Under the pieces are notes generated by a model that saw nothing but the letters and a program-made list of their open reading frames with translations, was not told where the DNA came from and did not search any database. The translations under genes and the position numbers were made by a program. Below are positions 20,801 to 35,800 of a stretch of DNA of 64,000 bases, one piece after another (the first letter of the stretch is position 1; every line of letters starts with the position of its first letter). Source of the stretch: Octopus sinensis (lineage: Eukaryota); NCBI RefSeq assembly GCF_006345805.1, contig NW_021833827.1, positions 1,932-65,931 of the forward strand, written 5' to 3'.

Positions 20801-23800
20801 TTTTAAAATTTTGAAGATTGAGAAAAGGAAGAAATGTTGAGGATAATCTTACGAGATTGATAAAGAGGAAACTAAAGAAGGTAGATCATAGTTTTAGAAT
20901 TTTGAAGATTGGGAAAACGAACAAATGTTGAGGATATTCTTACGAGATTCATAAAGAGGAAAGTAAAGAAGGTAGATCATAGTTTTAAAATTTTGAAGAT
21001 TGAGAAAAGCAACAAATGTTGAGGATATTCTTACAAGATTGATAAAGAGGAAACTAAAGAAGGTAGGTCGTAGTTTTAAAATTTTGAAGATTGGGAAAAC
21101 GAACAAATGTTGAGGATATTCTTACGAGATTGATAAAGAGGAAACTAAAGAAGGTAGATCATAGTTTTAAAATTTTGAAGATTGAGAAAAGGAACAAATG
21201 TTGAGGATATTCTTACGAGATTGATAAAGAGGAAACTAAAGAAGGTAGATCATAGTTTTAAAATTTTGAAGATTGAGTAAAGGAACAAATTTTGAGGATA
21301 TTCTTACGAGATTGAAAAAGAGGAAACTAAAGAAGGTAGATCATAGTTTTAAAATTTTGAAGATTGGGAAAACGAACAAATGTTGAGGATATTCTTACGA
21401 GATTGATAATGAGGAAACTAAAGAAGGTAGATCATAGTTTTAAAATTTTGAAGAAGAGAAAAGGAACAAATGTTGACGATATTCTGAGTTTAATAAAGAG
21501 GAAACTAAAGAAGGTAGATCATAGTTTTAAAATTTTGAAGAAGAGAAAAGGGTCAAATGTTGACAATATTCTGAGTTTGATAAAGAGGAAACTAAAGAAG
21601 GTAGATCATAGTTTTAAAATTTTGAAGAAGAGAAAAGGGACAAATGTTGACGATATTCTTACGAGTTTGATAAAGAGGAAACTAAAGAAGGTAGATCATA
21701 GTTTTAAAATTTTGAAGATTAAGAAAAGGAACAAATGTTGACGATATTCTTACGAGTTTGATAAAGAGGACACTAAAGAAGGTAGATCATAGTTTTAAAA
21801 TTTTGAAGAAGGGAAAAGGAACAAATTTTGACGATATTCTTACGAGTTTGATAAAGAGGAAACTAAAGAAGGTAGATCATAGTTTTTAAAATTTTGATGA
21901 AGAGAAAGGAACAAATTTTGACGATATTCTTACGAGTTTGATAAAGAGGAACTAAAGAAGGTAGATCATAGTTTTAAAATTTTGAAATTGAGAAAAGGAA
22001 AAATGTTGACGATATTTTTACGAGATTGATAAAGAGGAAACTAAAGAAGGTAGATCATAGTTTTAAAATTTTGAAGAAGAGAAAAGGAACAAATGTTGAG
22101 GATATTCTTACGAGATTGATAAAGAGGAAACTAAAGAAGGTAGATCATAGTTTTTAAATTTTGAAGATTGAGAAAAGGAACAAATGTTGAGGATATTCTG
22201 AGTTGATAAAGAGGAAACTAAAGAAGGTAGATCATAGTTTTAAAATTTTGAAGATTGAGAAAAGGAACAAATGTTGAGGATATTCTGAGTTTGATAAAGA
22301 GGAACTAAAGAAGGTAGATCATAGTTTTAAAATTTTGAAGATTGAGAAAAGGAACAAATGTTGATGATATTCTTACGAGATTGATAAAGAGGAAACTAAA
22401 GAAGGTAGATCAAAGTTTTAAAATTTTGGAGAAGAGAAAAGGAACAAATGTTGATGATATTCTTACGAGATTGATAAAGAGGAAACTAAAGAAGGTAGAT
22501 CATAGTTTTTTTAAAATTTTGAAGATTGGGAAAAGGAACAAATGTTGACGATGTTCTTACGAGATTGGTAAAGGGAACTAAAGAAGGTAGATCATAGTTT
22601 TAAAATTTTGAAGATTGAGAAAAGGAACAAATGTTGAGGATATTCTTACGAGATTGATAAAGAGGAAACTAAAGAAGGTAGATCATAGTTTTAAAATTTT
22701 GAAGATTGGGAAAAGGAACAAATGTTGAGGATATTCTTACGAGATTGATAAACAGAACTAAAGAAGGTAGATCATAGTTTTAAAATTTGAAGATTGGGAA
22801 AAGGAACAAATGTTGAGGATATTCTTACGAGTTGATAAAGAGGAAACTAAAGAAGGTAGATCATAGTTTTAAAATTTTGAAGAAGAGAAAAGGAACAAAT
22901 GTTGAGGATATTCTTACGAGATTGATAAAGAGGAACTAAAGAAGGTAGATCATAGTTTTAAAATTCTGAAGATTGGAAAAGGAACAAATGTTGAGGATAT
23001 TCTTACGAGATTGATAAAGAGAAAAGTAAAGAAGGTAGATCATAGTCTTAAAATTTTGAAGATTGAGAAAAGGAACAAACGTTGAGGATATTCTGATTTG
23101 ATAAAGAGGAAACTAAAGAAAGTAGATCATAGTTTTAAAATTTTGAAGAAGAGAAAAGGAACAAATGTTGATGATATTCTTACGAGATTGATAAAGAGGA
23201 AACTAAAGAAGGTAGATCATAGTTTTAAAATTTTGAAGATTGGGAAAAGGAACAAATGTTGAGGATATTCTTACGAGATTGATAAAGAGGAAACTAAAGA
23301 AGGTAGATCATAGTTTAAAATTTTGAAGATTGGGAAAAGGAACAAATGTTGAGGATATTCTTACGAGATTGATAAAGAGGAAACTAAAGAAGGTAGATCA
23401 TAGTTTTAAAATTTTGAAGAAGAGAAAAGGAACAAATGTTGATGATATTCTTACGCTATTGATAAAGAGGAAACTAAAGAAGGTAGATCATAGTTTTAAA
23501 ATTTTGAAGATTGGGAAAAGGAACAAATGTTTAGGATATTCTTACGAGATTGATAAAGAGGAAACTAAAGAAGGTAGATCATAGTTTTAAAATTTTGAAG
23601 ATTGGGAAAAGGAACAAATGTTGAGGTTATTCTTACGAGATTGATAAAGAGGAAACTAAAGAAGGTAGATCATAATTTTAAAATATTAAAGAAGAGAAAA
23701 GGAACAAATGTTGACGATATTCTTACGAGTTTGAGAAAGAGGAAACTAGAGAAGGTAGATCATAGTCTTAAAGTTTTGAAGAAGAGAAAAGTAACAAATT

Positions 23801-26800
23801 TTGAGGATATTCTAACGAGTTTGGTAAAGAGGAAACTAAAGAAGGTAGATCATAGTTTTAAAATTTTGAAGATTGGGAAAAGGAACAAATGTTGAGGATA
23901 TTCTTACGAGATTGATAAAGAGGAAACTAAAGAAGGTAGATCATAGTTTTAAAATTTTGAAGATTGAGAAAAGGAACAAATGTTGAGAATATTCTGAGTT
24001 TGATAAAGAGGAAACTAAAGAAGGTAGATTATAGTTTTAGAATTTTGAAGATTGAGAAAAGGAACAAATGTTGCTGATATTCTTACGAGATTGATAAAGA
24101 GGAAACTAAAGAAGGTAGATCATAGTTTTAAAATTTTGAAGAAGAAAAAAGGAACAAATGTTGATGATATTCTTACGAGATTGATAAAGAGGAAACTAAA
24201 GAAGGTAGATCATAGTTTTAAAATTTTGAAGATTGAGAAAAGGAACAAATGTTGAGAATATTCTGAGTTTGATAAAGAGGAAACTAAAGAAGGTAGATTA
24301 TAGTTTTAGAATTTTGAAGATTGAGAAAGGAACAAATGTTGCTGATATTCTTACGAGATTGATAAAGAGGAAACTAAAGAAGGTAGATCATAGTTTTAAA
24401 ATTTTGAAGAAGAAAAAGGAACAAATGTTGATGATATTCTTACGAGATTGATAAGAGGAAACTAAAGAAGGTAGATCATAGTTTTAAAATTTTGAAGATT
24501 GAGAAAAGGAACAAATGTTGAGAATATTCTGAGTTTGATAAAGAGGAAACTAAAGAAGGTAGATTATAGTTTTAGAATTTTGAAGATTGAGAAAAGGAAC
24601 AAATGTTGCTGATATTCTTACGAGATTGATAAAGAGGAAACTAAAGAAGGTAGATCATAGTTTTAAAATTTTGAAGATTGGGAAAATGAACAAATGTTGA
24701 CGATGTTCTTACGAGATTGATAAAGAGGAAACTAAAGATGGTAGATCATAGTTTTAAAATTTTGAAGATTGAGTAAAGGAACAAATTTTGAGGATATTCT
24801 TACGATTGATTAAAAAAGAGGAAACTAAAGAAGGTAGATCATAGTTTTAAAATTTGAAGATTGGAAAACGAACAAATGTTGAGGATATTCTTACGAGATT
24901 GATATGAGGAAACTAAAGAAGGTAGATCATAGTTTTAAAATTTTGAAGAAGAGAAAAGGAACAAATGTTGACGATATTCTGAGTTTAATAAAGAGGAAAC
25001 TAAAGAAGGTAGATCATAGTTTTAAAATTTTGAAGAAGAGAAAAGGGTCAAATGTTGACAATATTCTGAGTTTGATAAAGAGGAAACTAAAGAAGGTAGA
25101 TCATAGTTTTAAAATTTTGAAGAAGAGAAAAGGACAAATGTTGACGATATTCTTACGAGTTTGATAAAGAGGAAACTAAAGAAGGTAGATCATAGTTTTA
25201 AAATTTTGAAGATTAAGAAAAGGAACAAATGTTGACGATATTCTTACGAGTTTGATAAAGAGGACACTAAAGAAGGTAGATCATAGTTTTAAAATTTTGA
25301 AGAAGGGAAAAGGGACAAATGTTGAGGATATTCTTACGAGTTTGATAAAGAGGAAACTAAAGAAGGTAGATCATAGTTTTAAAATTTTGAAGAAGAGAAA
25401 AGGAACAAATTTTGACGATATTCTTACGAGTTTGATAAAGAGGAAACTAAAGAAGGTAGATCATAGTTTTAAAATTTTGAAGATTGAGAAAAGGAACAAA
25501 TGTTGACGATATTTTTACGAGATTGATAAAGAGGAAACTAAAGAAGGTAGATCATAGTTTTAAAATTTTGAAGAAGAGAAAAGGAACAAATGTTGAGGAT
25601 ATTCTTACGAGATTGATAAAGAGGAAACTAAAGAAGGTAGATCATAGTTTTAAAATTTTGAAGATTGAGAAAAGGAACAAATGTTGAGGATATTCTGAGT
25701 TTGATAAAGAGGAAACTAAAGAAGGTAGATCATAGTTTTAAAATTTTGAAGATTGAGAAAAGGAACAAATGTTGAGGATATTCTGAGTTTGATAAAGAGG
25801 AAACTAAAGAAGGTAGATCATAGTTTTAAAATTTTTGAAGATTGAGAAAAGGAACAAATGTTGATGATATTCTTACGAGATTGATAAAGAGGAAACTAAA
25901 GAAGGTAGATCAAAGTTTTAAAATTTTGGAGAAGAGAAAAGGAACAAATGTTGATGATATTCTTACGAGATTGATAAAGAGGAAACTAAAGAAGGTAGAT
26001 CATAGTTTTAAAATTTTGAAGATTGGGAAAAGGAACAAATGTTGACGATGTTCTTACGAGATTGGTAAAGAGGAAACTAAAGAAGGTAGATCATAGTTTT
26101 AAAATTTTGAAGATTGAGAAAAGGAACAAATGTTGAGGATATTCTTACGAGATTGATAAAGAGGAAACTAAAGAAGGTAGATCATAGTTTTAAAATTTTG
26201 AAGAAGAAAAAAGGAACAAATGTTGATGATATTCTTACGAGATTGATAAAGAGGAAACTAAAGAAGGTAGATCATAGTTTTAAAATTCTGAAGATTGAGA
26301 AAAGGAACAAATGTTGAGAATATTCTGAGTTTGATAAAGAGGAAACTAAAGAAGGTAGATTATAGTTTTAGAATTTTGAAGATTGAGAAAAGGAACAAAT
26401 GTTGCTGATATTCTTACGAGATTGATAAAGAGGAAACTAAAGAAGGTAGATCATAGTTTTAAAATTTTGAAGAAGAAAAAAGGAACAAATGCTGATGATA
26501 TTCTTACGAGATTGATAAAGAGGAAACTAAAGAAGGTAGATCATAGTTTTAAAATTTTGAAGATTGAGAAAAGGAACAAATGTTGAGAATATTCTGAGTT
26601 TGATAAAGAGGAAACTAAAGAAGGTAGATTATAGTTTTAGAATTTTGAAGATTGAGAAAAGGAACAAATGGCTGATATTCTTACGAGATTGATAAAGAGG
26701 AAACTAAAGAAGGTAGATCATAGTTTTAAATTTTGAAGATTGGGAAAATGAACAAATGTTGACGATGTTCTTACGAGATTGATAAAGAGGAAACTAAAGA

Positions 26801-29800
26801 TGGTAGATCATAGTTTTAAAATTTCGAAGATTGAGAAAAGGAACAAATGTTGAGGATATTCTTACGAGATTGATAAAGAGGAAACTAAAGAAGGTAGATC
26901 ATAGTTTTAAAATTTTGAAGATTGAGTAAAGGAACAAATTTGAGGATATATTCACGAGATTGAAAAAGAGGAAACTAAAGAAGGTAGATCATAGTTTTAA
27001 ATTTTGAAGATTGGGAAACGAAAAATGTTGAGGATATTCTTACGAGATTGATAATGAGGAAACTAAAGAAGGTAGATCATAGTTTTAAAATTTTGAAGAA
27101 GAGAAAGGAACAAATGTTGACGATATTCTGAGTTTAATAAAGAGGAAACTAAAGAAGGTAGATCATAGTTTTAAAATTTTGAAGAAGAGAAAAGGGTCAA
27201 ATGTTGACAATATTCTGAGTTTGATAAAGAGGAAACTAAAGAAGGTAGATCATAGTTTTAAAATTTTGAAGAAGAGAAAAGGGACAAATGTTGACGATAT
27301 TCTTACGAGTTTGATAAAGAGGAAACTAAAGAAGGTAGATCATAGTTTTAAAATTTTGAAGATTAAGAAAAGGAACAAATGTTGACGATATTCTTACGAG
27401 TTTGATAAAGAGGAAACTAAAGAAGGTAGATCATAGTTTTAAAATTTTGAAGATTGAGAAAAGGAACAAATGTTGACGATATTTTTACGAGATTGATAAA
27501 GAGGAAACTAAAGAAGGTAGATCATAGTTTTAAATTTAATTTTGAAGAAGAAAAGGAACAAATGTTGAGGATATTCTTACGAGATTGATAAAGAGGAAAC
27601 TAAAGAAGGTAGATCATAGTTTTAAAATTTTGAAGATTGAGAAAAGGAACAAATGTTGAGGATATTCTGAGTTTGATAAAGAGGAAACTAAAGAAGGTAG
27701 ATCATAGTTTTAAAATTTTGAAGATTGAGAAAAGGAACAAATGTTGAGGATATTCTGAGTTTGATAAAGAGGAAACTAAAGAAGGTAGATCATAGTTTTA
27801 AAATTTTTGAAGATTGAGAAAAGGAACAAATGTTGATGATATTCTTACGAGATTGATAAAGAGGAAACTAAAGAAGGTAGATCAAAGTTTTAAAATTTTG
27901 GAGAAGAGAAAAGGAACAAATGTTGATGATATTCTTACGAGATTGATAAAGAGGAAACTAAAGAAGGTAGATCATAGTTTTAAAATTTTGAAGATTGGGA
28001 AAAGGAACAAATGTTGACGATGTTCTTACGAGATTGGTAAAGAGGAAACTAAAGAAGGTAGATCATAGTTTTAAAATTTTGAAGATTGAGAAAAGGAACA
28101 AATGTTGAGGATATTCTTACGAGATTGATAAAGAGGAAACTAAAGAAGGTAGATCATAGTTTTAAAATTTTGAAGATTGGGAAAAGGAACAAATGTTGAG
28201 GATATTCTTACGAGATTGATAAACAGGAAACTAAAGAAGGTAGATCATAGTTTTAAAATTTTGAAGATTGGGAAAAGGAACAAATGTTGAGGATATTCTT
28301 ACGAGATTGATAAAGAGGAAACTAAAGAAGGTAGATCATAGTTTTAAAATTTTGAAGAAGAGAAAAGGAACAAATGTTGAGGATATTCTTACGAGATTGA
28401 TAAAGAGGAAACTAAAGAAGGTAGATCATAGTTTTAAAATTCTGAAGATTGGGAAAAGGAACAAATGTTGAGGATATTCTTACGAGATTGATAAAGAGAA
28501 AAGTAAAGAAGGTAGATCATAGTCTTAAAATTTTGAAGATTGAGAAAAGGAACAAACGTTGAGGATATTCTGAGTTTGATAAAGAGGAAACTAAAGAAAG
28601 TAGATCATAGTTTTAAAGTTTTGAAGAAGAGAAAAGGAACAAATGTTGATGATATTCTTACGAGATTGATAAAGAGGAAACTAAAGAAGGTAGATCATAG
28701 TTTTAAAATTTTGAAGATTGGGAAAAGGAACAAATGTTGAGGATATTCTTACGAGATTGATAAACAGGAAACTAAAGAAGGTAGATCATAGTTTTAAAAT
28801 TTTGAAGATTGGGAAAAGGAACAAATGTTGAGGATATTCTTACGAGATTGATAAAGAGGAAACTAAAGAAGGTAGATCATAGTTTTAAAATTTTGAAGAA
28901 GAGAAAAGGAACAAATGTTGAGGATATTCTTACGAGATTGATAAAGAGGAAACTAAAGAAGGTAGATCATAGTTTTAAAATTCTGAAGATTGGGAAAAGG
29001 AACAAATGTTGAGGATATTCTTACGAGATTGATAAAGAGAAAAGTAAAGAAGGTAGATCATAGTCTTAAAATTTTGAAGATTGAGAAAAGGAACAAACGT
29101 TGAGGATATTCTGAGTTTGATAAAGAGGAAACTAAAGAAAGTAGATCATAGTTTTAAAGTTTTGAAGAAGAGAAAAGGAACAAATGTTGATGATATTCTT
29201 ACGAGATTGATAAAGAGGAAACTAAAGAAGGTAGATCATAGTTTTAAAATTTTGAAGATTGGGAAAAGGAACAAATGTTGAGGATATTCTTACGAGATTG
29301 ATAAAGAGGAAACTAAAGAAGGTAGATCATAGTTTAAAATTTTGAAGATTGGGAAAAGGAACAAATGTTGAGGATATTCTTACGAGATTGATAAAGAGGA
29401 AACTAAAGAAGGTAGATCATAGTTTTAAAATTTTGAAGAAGAGAAAAGGAACAAATGTTGATGATATTCTTACGCTATTGATAAAGAGGAAACTAAAGAA
29501 GGTAGATCATAGTTTTAAAATTTTGAAGATTGGGAAAAGGAACAAATGTTGAGGTTATTCTTACGAGATTGATAAAGAGGAAACTAAAGAAGGTAGATCA
29601 TAATTTTAAAATATTAAAGAAGAGAAAAGGAACAAATGTTGACGATATTCTTACGAGTTTGAGAAAGAGGAAACTAGAGAAGGTAGATCATAGTCTTAAA
29701 GTTTTGAAGAAGAGAAAAGTAACAAATTTTGAGGATATTCTAACGAGTTTGGTAAAGAGGAAACTAAAGAAGGTAGATCATAGTTTTAAAATTTTGAAGA

Positions 29801-32800
29801 TTGGGAAAAGGAACAAATGTTGAGGATATTCTTACGAGATTGATAAAGAGGAAACTAAAGAAGGTAGATCATAGTTTTAAAATTTTGAAGATTGAAAAGG
29901 AACAAATGTTGAGAATATTCTGAGTTTGATAAAGAGGAAACTAAAGAAGGTAGATTATAGTTTTAGAATTTTGAAGATTGAGAAAGGAACAAATGTTGCT
30001 GATATTCTTACGAGATTGATAAAGAGGAAACTAAAGAAGGTAGATCATAGTTTTAAAATTTTGAAGAAGAAAAAGGAACAAATGTTGATGATATTCTTAC
30101 GAGATTGATAAAGAGGAAACTAAAGAAGGTAGATTATAGTTTTAAATTTTGAAGATTGAGAAAAGGAACAAATGTTGAGAATTCTGAGTTTGATAAAGAG
30201 GAAACTAAAGAAGGTAGATTATAGTTTTAGAATTTTGAAGATTGAGAAAGGAACAAATGTTGCTGATATTCTTACGAGATTGATAAAGAGGAAACTAAAG
30301 AAGGTAGATCATAGTTTTAAAATTTTGAAGAAGAAAAAGGAACAAATGTTGATGATATTCTTACGAGATTGATAAAGAGGAAACTAAAGAAGGTAGATCA
30401 TAGTTTTAAAATTTTGAAGATTGAGAAAAGGAACAAATGTTGAGAATATTCTGAGTTTGATAAAGAGGAAACTAAAGAAGGTAGATTATAGTTTTAGAAT
30501 TTTGAAGATTGAGAAAAGGAACAAATGTTGCTGATATTCTTACGAGATTGATAAAGAGGAAACTAAAGAAGGTAGATCATAGTTTTAAAATTTTGAAGAA
30601 GAAAAAAGGAACAAATGTTGATGATATTCTTACGAGATTGATAAAGAGGAAACTAAAGAAGGTAGATCATAGTTTTAAAATTTTGAAGATTGGGAAAATG
30701 AACAAATGTTGACGATGTTCTTACGAGATTGATAAAGAGGAAACTAAAGATGGTAGATCATAGTTTTAAAATTTCGAAGATTGAGAAAAGGAACAAATGT
30801 TGAGGATATTCCTACGAGATTGATAAAGAGGAAACTAAAGAAGGTAGATCATAGTTTTAAAATTTTGAAGATTGGGAAAAGGAACAAATGTTGAGGATAT
30901 TCTTACGAGATTGATAAAGAGGAAACTAAAGAAGGTAGATCATAGTTTTAAAATTTTGAAGAAGAGAAATGGAACAAATGTTGATGATATTATTATGAGA
31001 TTGATAAAGAGGAAACTAAAGAAGGTAGATCATAGTTTTAAAGTTTTGAAGATTGGGAAAAGGAACAAATGTTGACGATGTTCTACGAGATTGATAAAGA
31101 GGAAACTAAAGAAGGTAGATCATAGTTTTAAAATTTTGAAGATTGAGAAAAGGAACAAATGTTGAGGACAATCTTACGAGATTGATAAAGAGGAAACTAA
31201 AGAAGGTAGATCATAGTTTTAAAATTTTGAAGATTGGGAAAACGAACAAATGTTGAGGATATTCTTACGAGATTGATAAAGAGGAAGCTAAAGAAGGTAG
31301 ATCATAGTTTTAAAATTTTGAAGATTGGGAAAAGGAACAAATGTTGAGGATATTCTTACAAGATTGATAAAGAGGAAACTAAAGAAGGTAGATCATAGTT
31401 TTAAAATTTTGAAGATTGAGAAAAGGAACAAATTTTGAGGATATTCTTACGAGATTAAAAAGAGGAAACTAAAGAAGGTAGATCATAGTTTTAAAATTTT
31501 GAAGATTGGGAAAAGGAACAAATGTTGAGGATATTCTTACGAGATTGATAAAGACGAAACTAAAGAAGGTAGATCATAGTTTAAAATTTTGAAGATTGGG
31601 AAAAGGAACAAATGTTGAGGATATTCTTACGAGATTGATAAAGAGGAAACTAAAGAAGGTAGATCATAGTTTTAAAATTTTGAAGAAGAGAAAAGGAACA
31701 AATGTTGATGATATTCTTACGATATTGATAAAGAGGAAACTAAAGAAGGTAGATCATAGTTTTAAAATTTTGAAGATTGGGAAAAGGAACAAATGTTTAG
31801 GATATTCTTACGAGATTGATAAAGAGGAAACTAAAGAAGGTAGATCATAGTTTTAAAATTTTGAAGATTGGGAAAAGGAACAAATGTTGACGATGTTCTT
31901 ACGAGATTGATAAAGAGGAAACTAAAGAAGGTAGGTCATAGTTTTAAAATTTTGAAGATTGGGAAAAGGAACAAATGTTGACGATATTCTTACGAGTTTG
32001 AGAAAGAGGAAACTAGAGAAGGTAGATCATAGTCTTAAAATTTTGAAGAAGAGAAAAGTAACAAATTTTGAGGATATTCTTATGAGTTTGGTAAAGAGGA
32101 AACTAAAGAAGGTAGATCATAGTTTTAAAATTTTGAAGATTCAGAAAAAAAACAAATGTTGAGGATATTCTGAGTTTGTTGAAGAGGAAACTAAAGAAGG
32201 TAGATCATAGTTTTAAAATTTTGAAGATTGGGAAAAGGAACAAATGTTGAGGATATTCTTACGAGATTGATAAAGAGGAAACTAAAGAAGGTAGATCATA
32301 GTTTTAAATTTTGAAGATTGAGAAAAGGAACAAATGTTGAGAATATTCTGAGTTGATAAAGAGGAAACTAAAGAAGGTAGATTATAGTTTTAGAATTTTG
32401 AAGATTGAGAAAAGGAAACATGTTGCTGATATTCTTACGAGATTGATAAAGAGGAAACTAAAGAAGGTAGATCATAGTTTTAAAATTTTGAAGAAGAAAA
32501 AGGAACAAATGTTGATGATATTCTTACGAGATTGATAAAGAGGAAACTAAAGAAGGTAGATCATAGTTTTAAAATTCTGAAGATTGGGAAAAGGAACAAA
32601 TGTTGACGATGTTCTTACGAGATTGATAAAGAGGAAACTAAAGATGGTAGACCATAGTTTTAAAATTTTGAAGATTGAGAAAAGGAACAAATGTTGAGGA
32701 TATTCTTACGAGATTGATAAAGAGGAAACTAAAGAAGGTAGATCATAGTTTTATAATTTTGAAGATTGGGAAAAGGAACAAATGTTGAGGATATTCTTAC

Positions 32801-35800
32801 GAGATTGATAAAGAGGAAACTAAAGAAGGTAGATCATAGTTTTAAAATTTTGAAGAAGAGAAATGGAACAAATTTTGATAATATTCTTACGAGATTGATA
32901 AAGAGGAAACTAAAGAAGGTAGATCATAGTTTTAAAATTTTGAAGATTGGGAAAAGGAACAAATGTTGAGGATATTCTTACGAGATTGATAAAGAGGAAA
33001 GTAAAGAAGGTAGATCATAGTTTTAAAATTTTGAAGATTGGGAAAAGGAACAAATGTTGAGGATATTCTTACGAGATTGATAAAGAGGAAACTAACGAAG
33101 GTAGATCATAGTTTTAAAATTTTGAAGATTGGGAAAAGTAACAAATGTTGAGGATATTCTTACGAGATTGATAAAGAGGAAACTAAAGAAGGTAGATCAT
33201 AGTTTTAAAATTTTGAAGATTAAGAAAAGGAACAAATGTTGAGGATATTCTTACGAGATTGATAAAGAGGAAACTAAAGAAGGTAGATCATAGTTTTAAA
33301 ATTTTGAAGATTAAGAAAAGGAACAAATGTTGAGGATAATCTTACGAGATTGATAAAGAGGAAACTAAAGAAGGTAGATCGTAGTTTTTAAATTTTTAAG
33401 ATTGGGAAAAGGAACAAATGTTGAGGATATTCTTACGAGATTGATAAAGAGGAAACTAAAGAAGGTAGATCATAGTTTTAAAATTTTGAAGATTGGGAAA
33501 AGGAACAAATGTTGAGGATATTCTTACAAGATTGATAAAGAGAAAACTAAAGAAGGTAGATCATAGTTTTAAAATTTTGAAGAAGAGAAAGGGAACAAAT
33601 GTTGATGATATTCTTACGATATTGATAAAGAGGTAACTAAAGAAGGTAGATCATAGTTTTAAAATTTTGAAGATTGCGAAAAGGAACAAATGTTTAGGAT
33701 ATTCTTACGAGATTGATAAAGAGGAAACTAAAGAAGGTAGATCATAGTTTTAAAATTTTGAAGAAGAGAAAAGGAACAAATGTTGATGATATTCGTACGA
33801 GTTTGATAAAGAGGAAACTAAAGAAGGTAGATCATAGTTATAAAATTATGAAGATTGGGAAAAGGAACAAATGTTGAGGTTATTCTTACGAGATTGATAA
33901 AGAGGAAACTAAAGAAGGTAGATCATAATTTTAAAATTTTAAAGAAGAGAAAAGGAACAAATGTTGACGATATTCTTACGAGTTTGAGAAAGAGGAAACT
34001 AGAGAAGGTAGATCATAGTCTTAAAATTTTGAAGCAGAGAAAAGTAACAAATTTTGAGGATATTCTTACGAGTTTGGTAAAGAGGAAACTAAAGAAGGTA
34101 GATCATAGTTTTAAAATTTTGAAGATTCAGAAAAGGAACAAATGTTGAGGATATTCTGAGTTTGATGAAGAGGAAACTAAAGAAGGTAGATTATAGTTTT
34201 AAAATTTTGAAGATTGAGAAAAGGAACAAATGCTGCTGATATTCTTACGAGATTGATAAAGAGGAAACTAAAGAAGGTAGATCATAGTTTTAAAATTTTG
34301 AAGAAGAGAAACGGAACAAATGTTGATGATATTCTGACGAGATTGATAAAGAGGAAACTAAAGAAGGTAGATCATAGTTTTAAAATTTTGAAGATTGGGA
34401 AAAGGAACAAATGTTGACGATGTTCTTACGAGATTGATAAAGAGGAAACTAAAGATGGTAGATCATAGTTTTTAAATTTTGAAGATTGAGAAAAGGAACA
34501 AATGTTGAGGATATTTTTACGAGATAGATAAAGAGGAAACTAAAGAAGGTAGATCATAGTATTAAAATTTTAAAGATTGGGAAAAGGAACAAATGTTGAG
34601 GATATTCTTACGAGATTGATAAAGAGGAAACTAAAGAAGGTAGATCATAGTTTTAAAATTTTGAAGAAGAGAAATGGAACGAATGTTGATGATATTCTTA
34701 CGAGATTGATAAAGAGGAAACTAAAGAAGGTAGATCATAGTTTTAAAATTTTGAAGATTCGGAAAAGGAACGAATGTTGACGATGTTCTACGAGATTGAT
34801 AAAGAGGAAACTAAAGAAAGTAGATCATAGTTTTAAAATTTTGAAGATTGGGAAAAGGAACAAATGTTGAGGATATTCTTACGAGATTGATAAAGAGGAA
34901 ACTAAAGAAGGTAGATCATAGTTTTAAAATTTTGAAGATTGGGAAAAGGAACAAATGTTGAGGATATTCTTATGAGATTGATAAAGAGGAAACTAAAGAA
35001 GGTAGATCATAGTTTTAAAATTTTGAAGATTGGGAAAAGTAACAAATGATGAGGATATTCTTACGAGATTGATAAAGAGGAAACTAAAGAAGGTAGATCA
35101 TAGTTTTAAAATTTTGAAGATTGAGAAAAGGAACAAATGTTGAGGATAATCTTACGAGATTGATAAAGTGGAAACTAAAGAAGGTAGATCAGAGTTTTAA
35201 AATTTTTAAGATTGGGAAAACGAACAAATGTTGAGGATATTCTTACGAGATTGATAAAGAGGAAACTAAAGAAGGTAGATCATAGTTTGAAAATTTTGAA
35301 GATTGCGAAAAGGAACAAATGTTGAGGATATTCTTACAAGATTGATAAAGAGGAAACTAAAGAAGGTAGATCATAGTTTTAAAATTTTGAAGATTGGGAA
35401 AAGGAACAAATGTTGAGGATATTCTTACGAGATTGATAAAGAGGAAACTAAAGAAGGTAGATCATAGTTTTAAAGTTTTGAAGATTGAGAAAAGGAACAA
35501 ATTTTGAGGATATTCTTACGAGATTGAAAAAGAGGAAACTAAAGAAGGTAGATCATAGTTTTAGAATGTTGAAGATTGGGAAAAGGAACAAATGTTGAGG
35601 ATATTCTTACGAGATTGATAAAGTGGAAACTAAAGAAGGTAGATCATAGTTTTAAAATTTTGAAGATTGGGAAAAGGAACAAATGTTGAGGATATTCTTA
35701 CGAGATTGATAAAGAGGAAACTAAAGAAGGTAGATGATAGTTTTAAAATTTTGAAGAGGAGAAAAGGAACAAATGTTGAGGATATTCTTACGATATTGAT

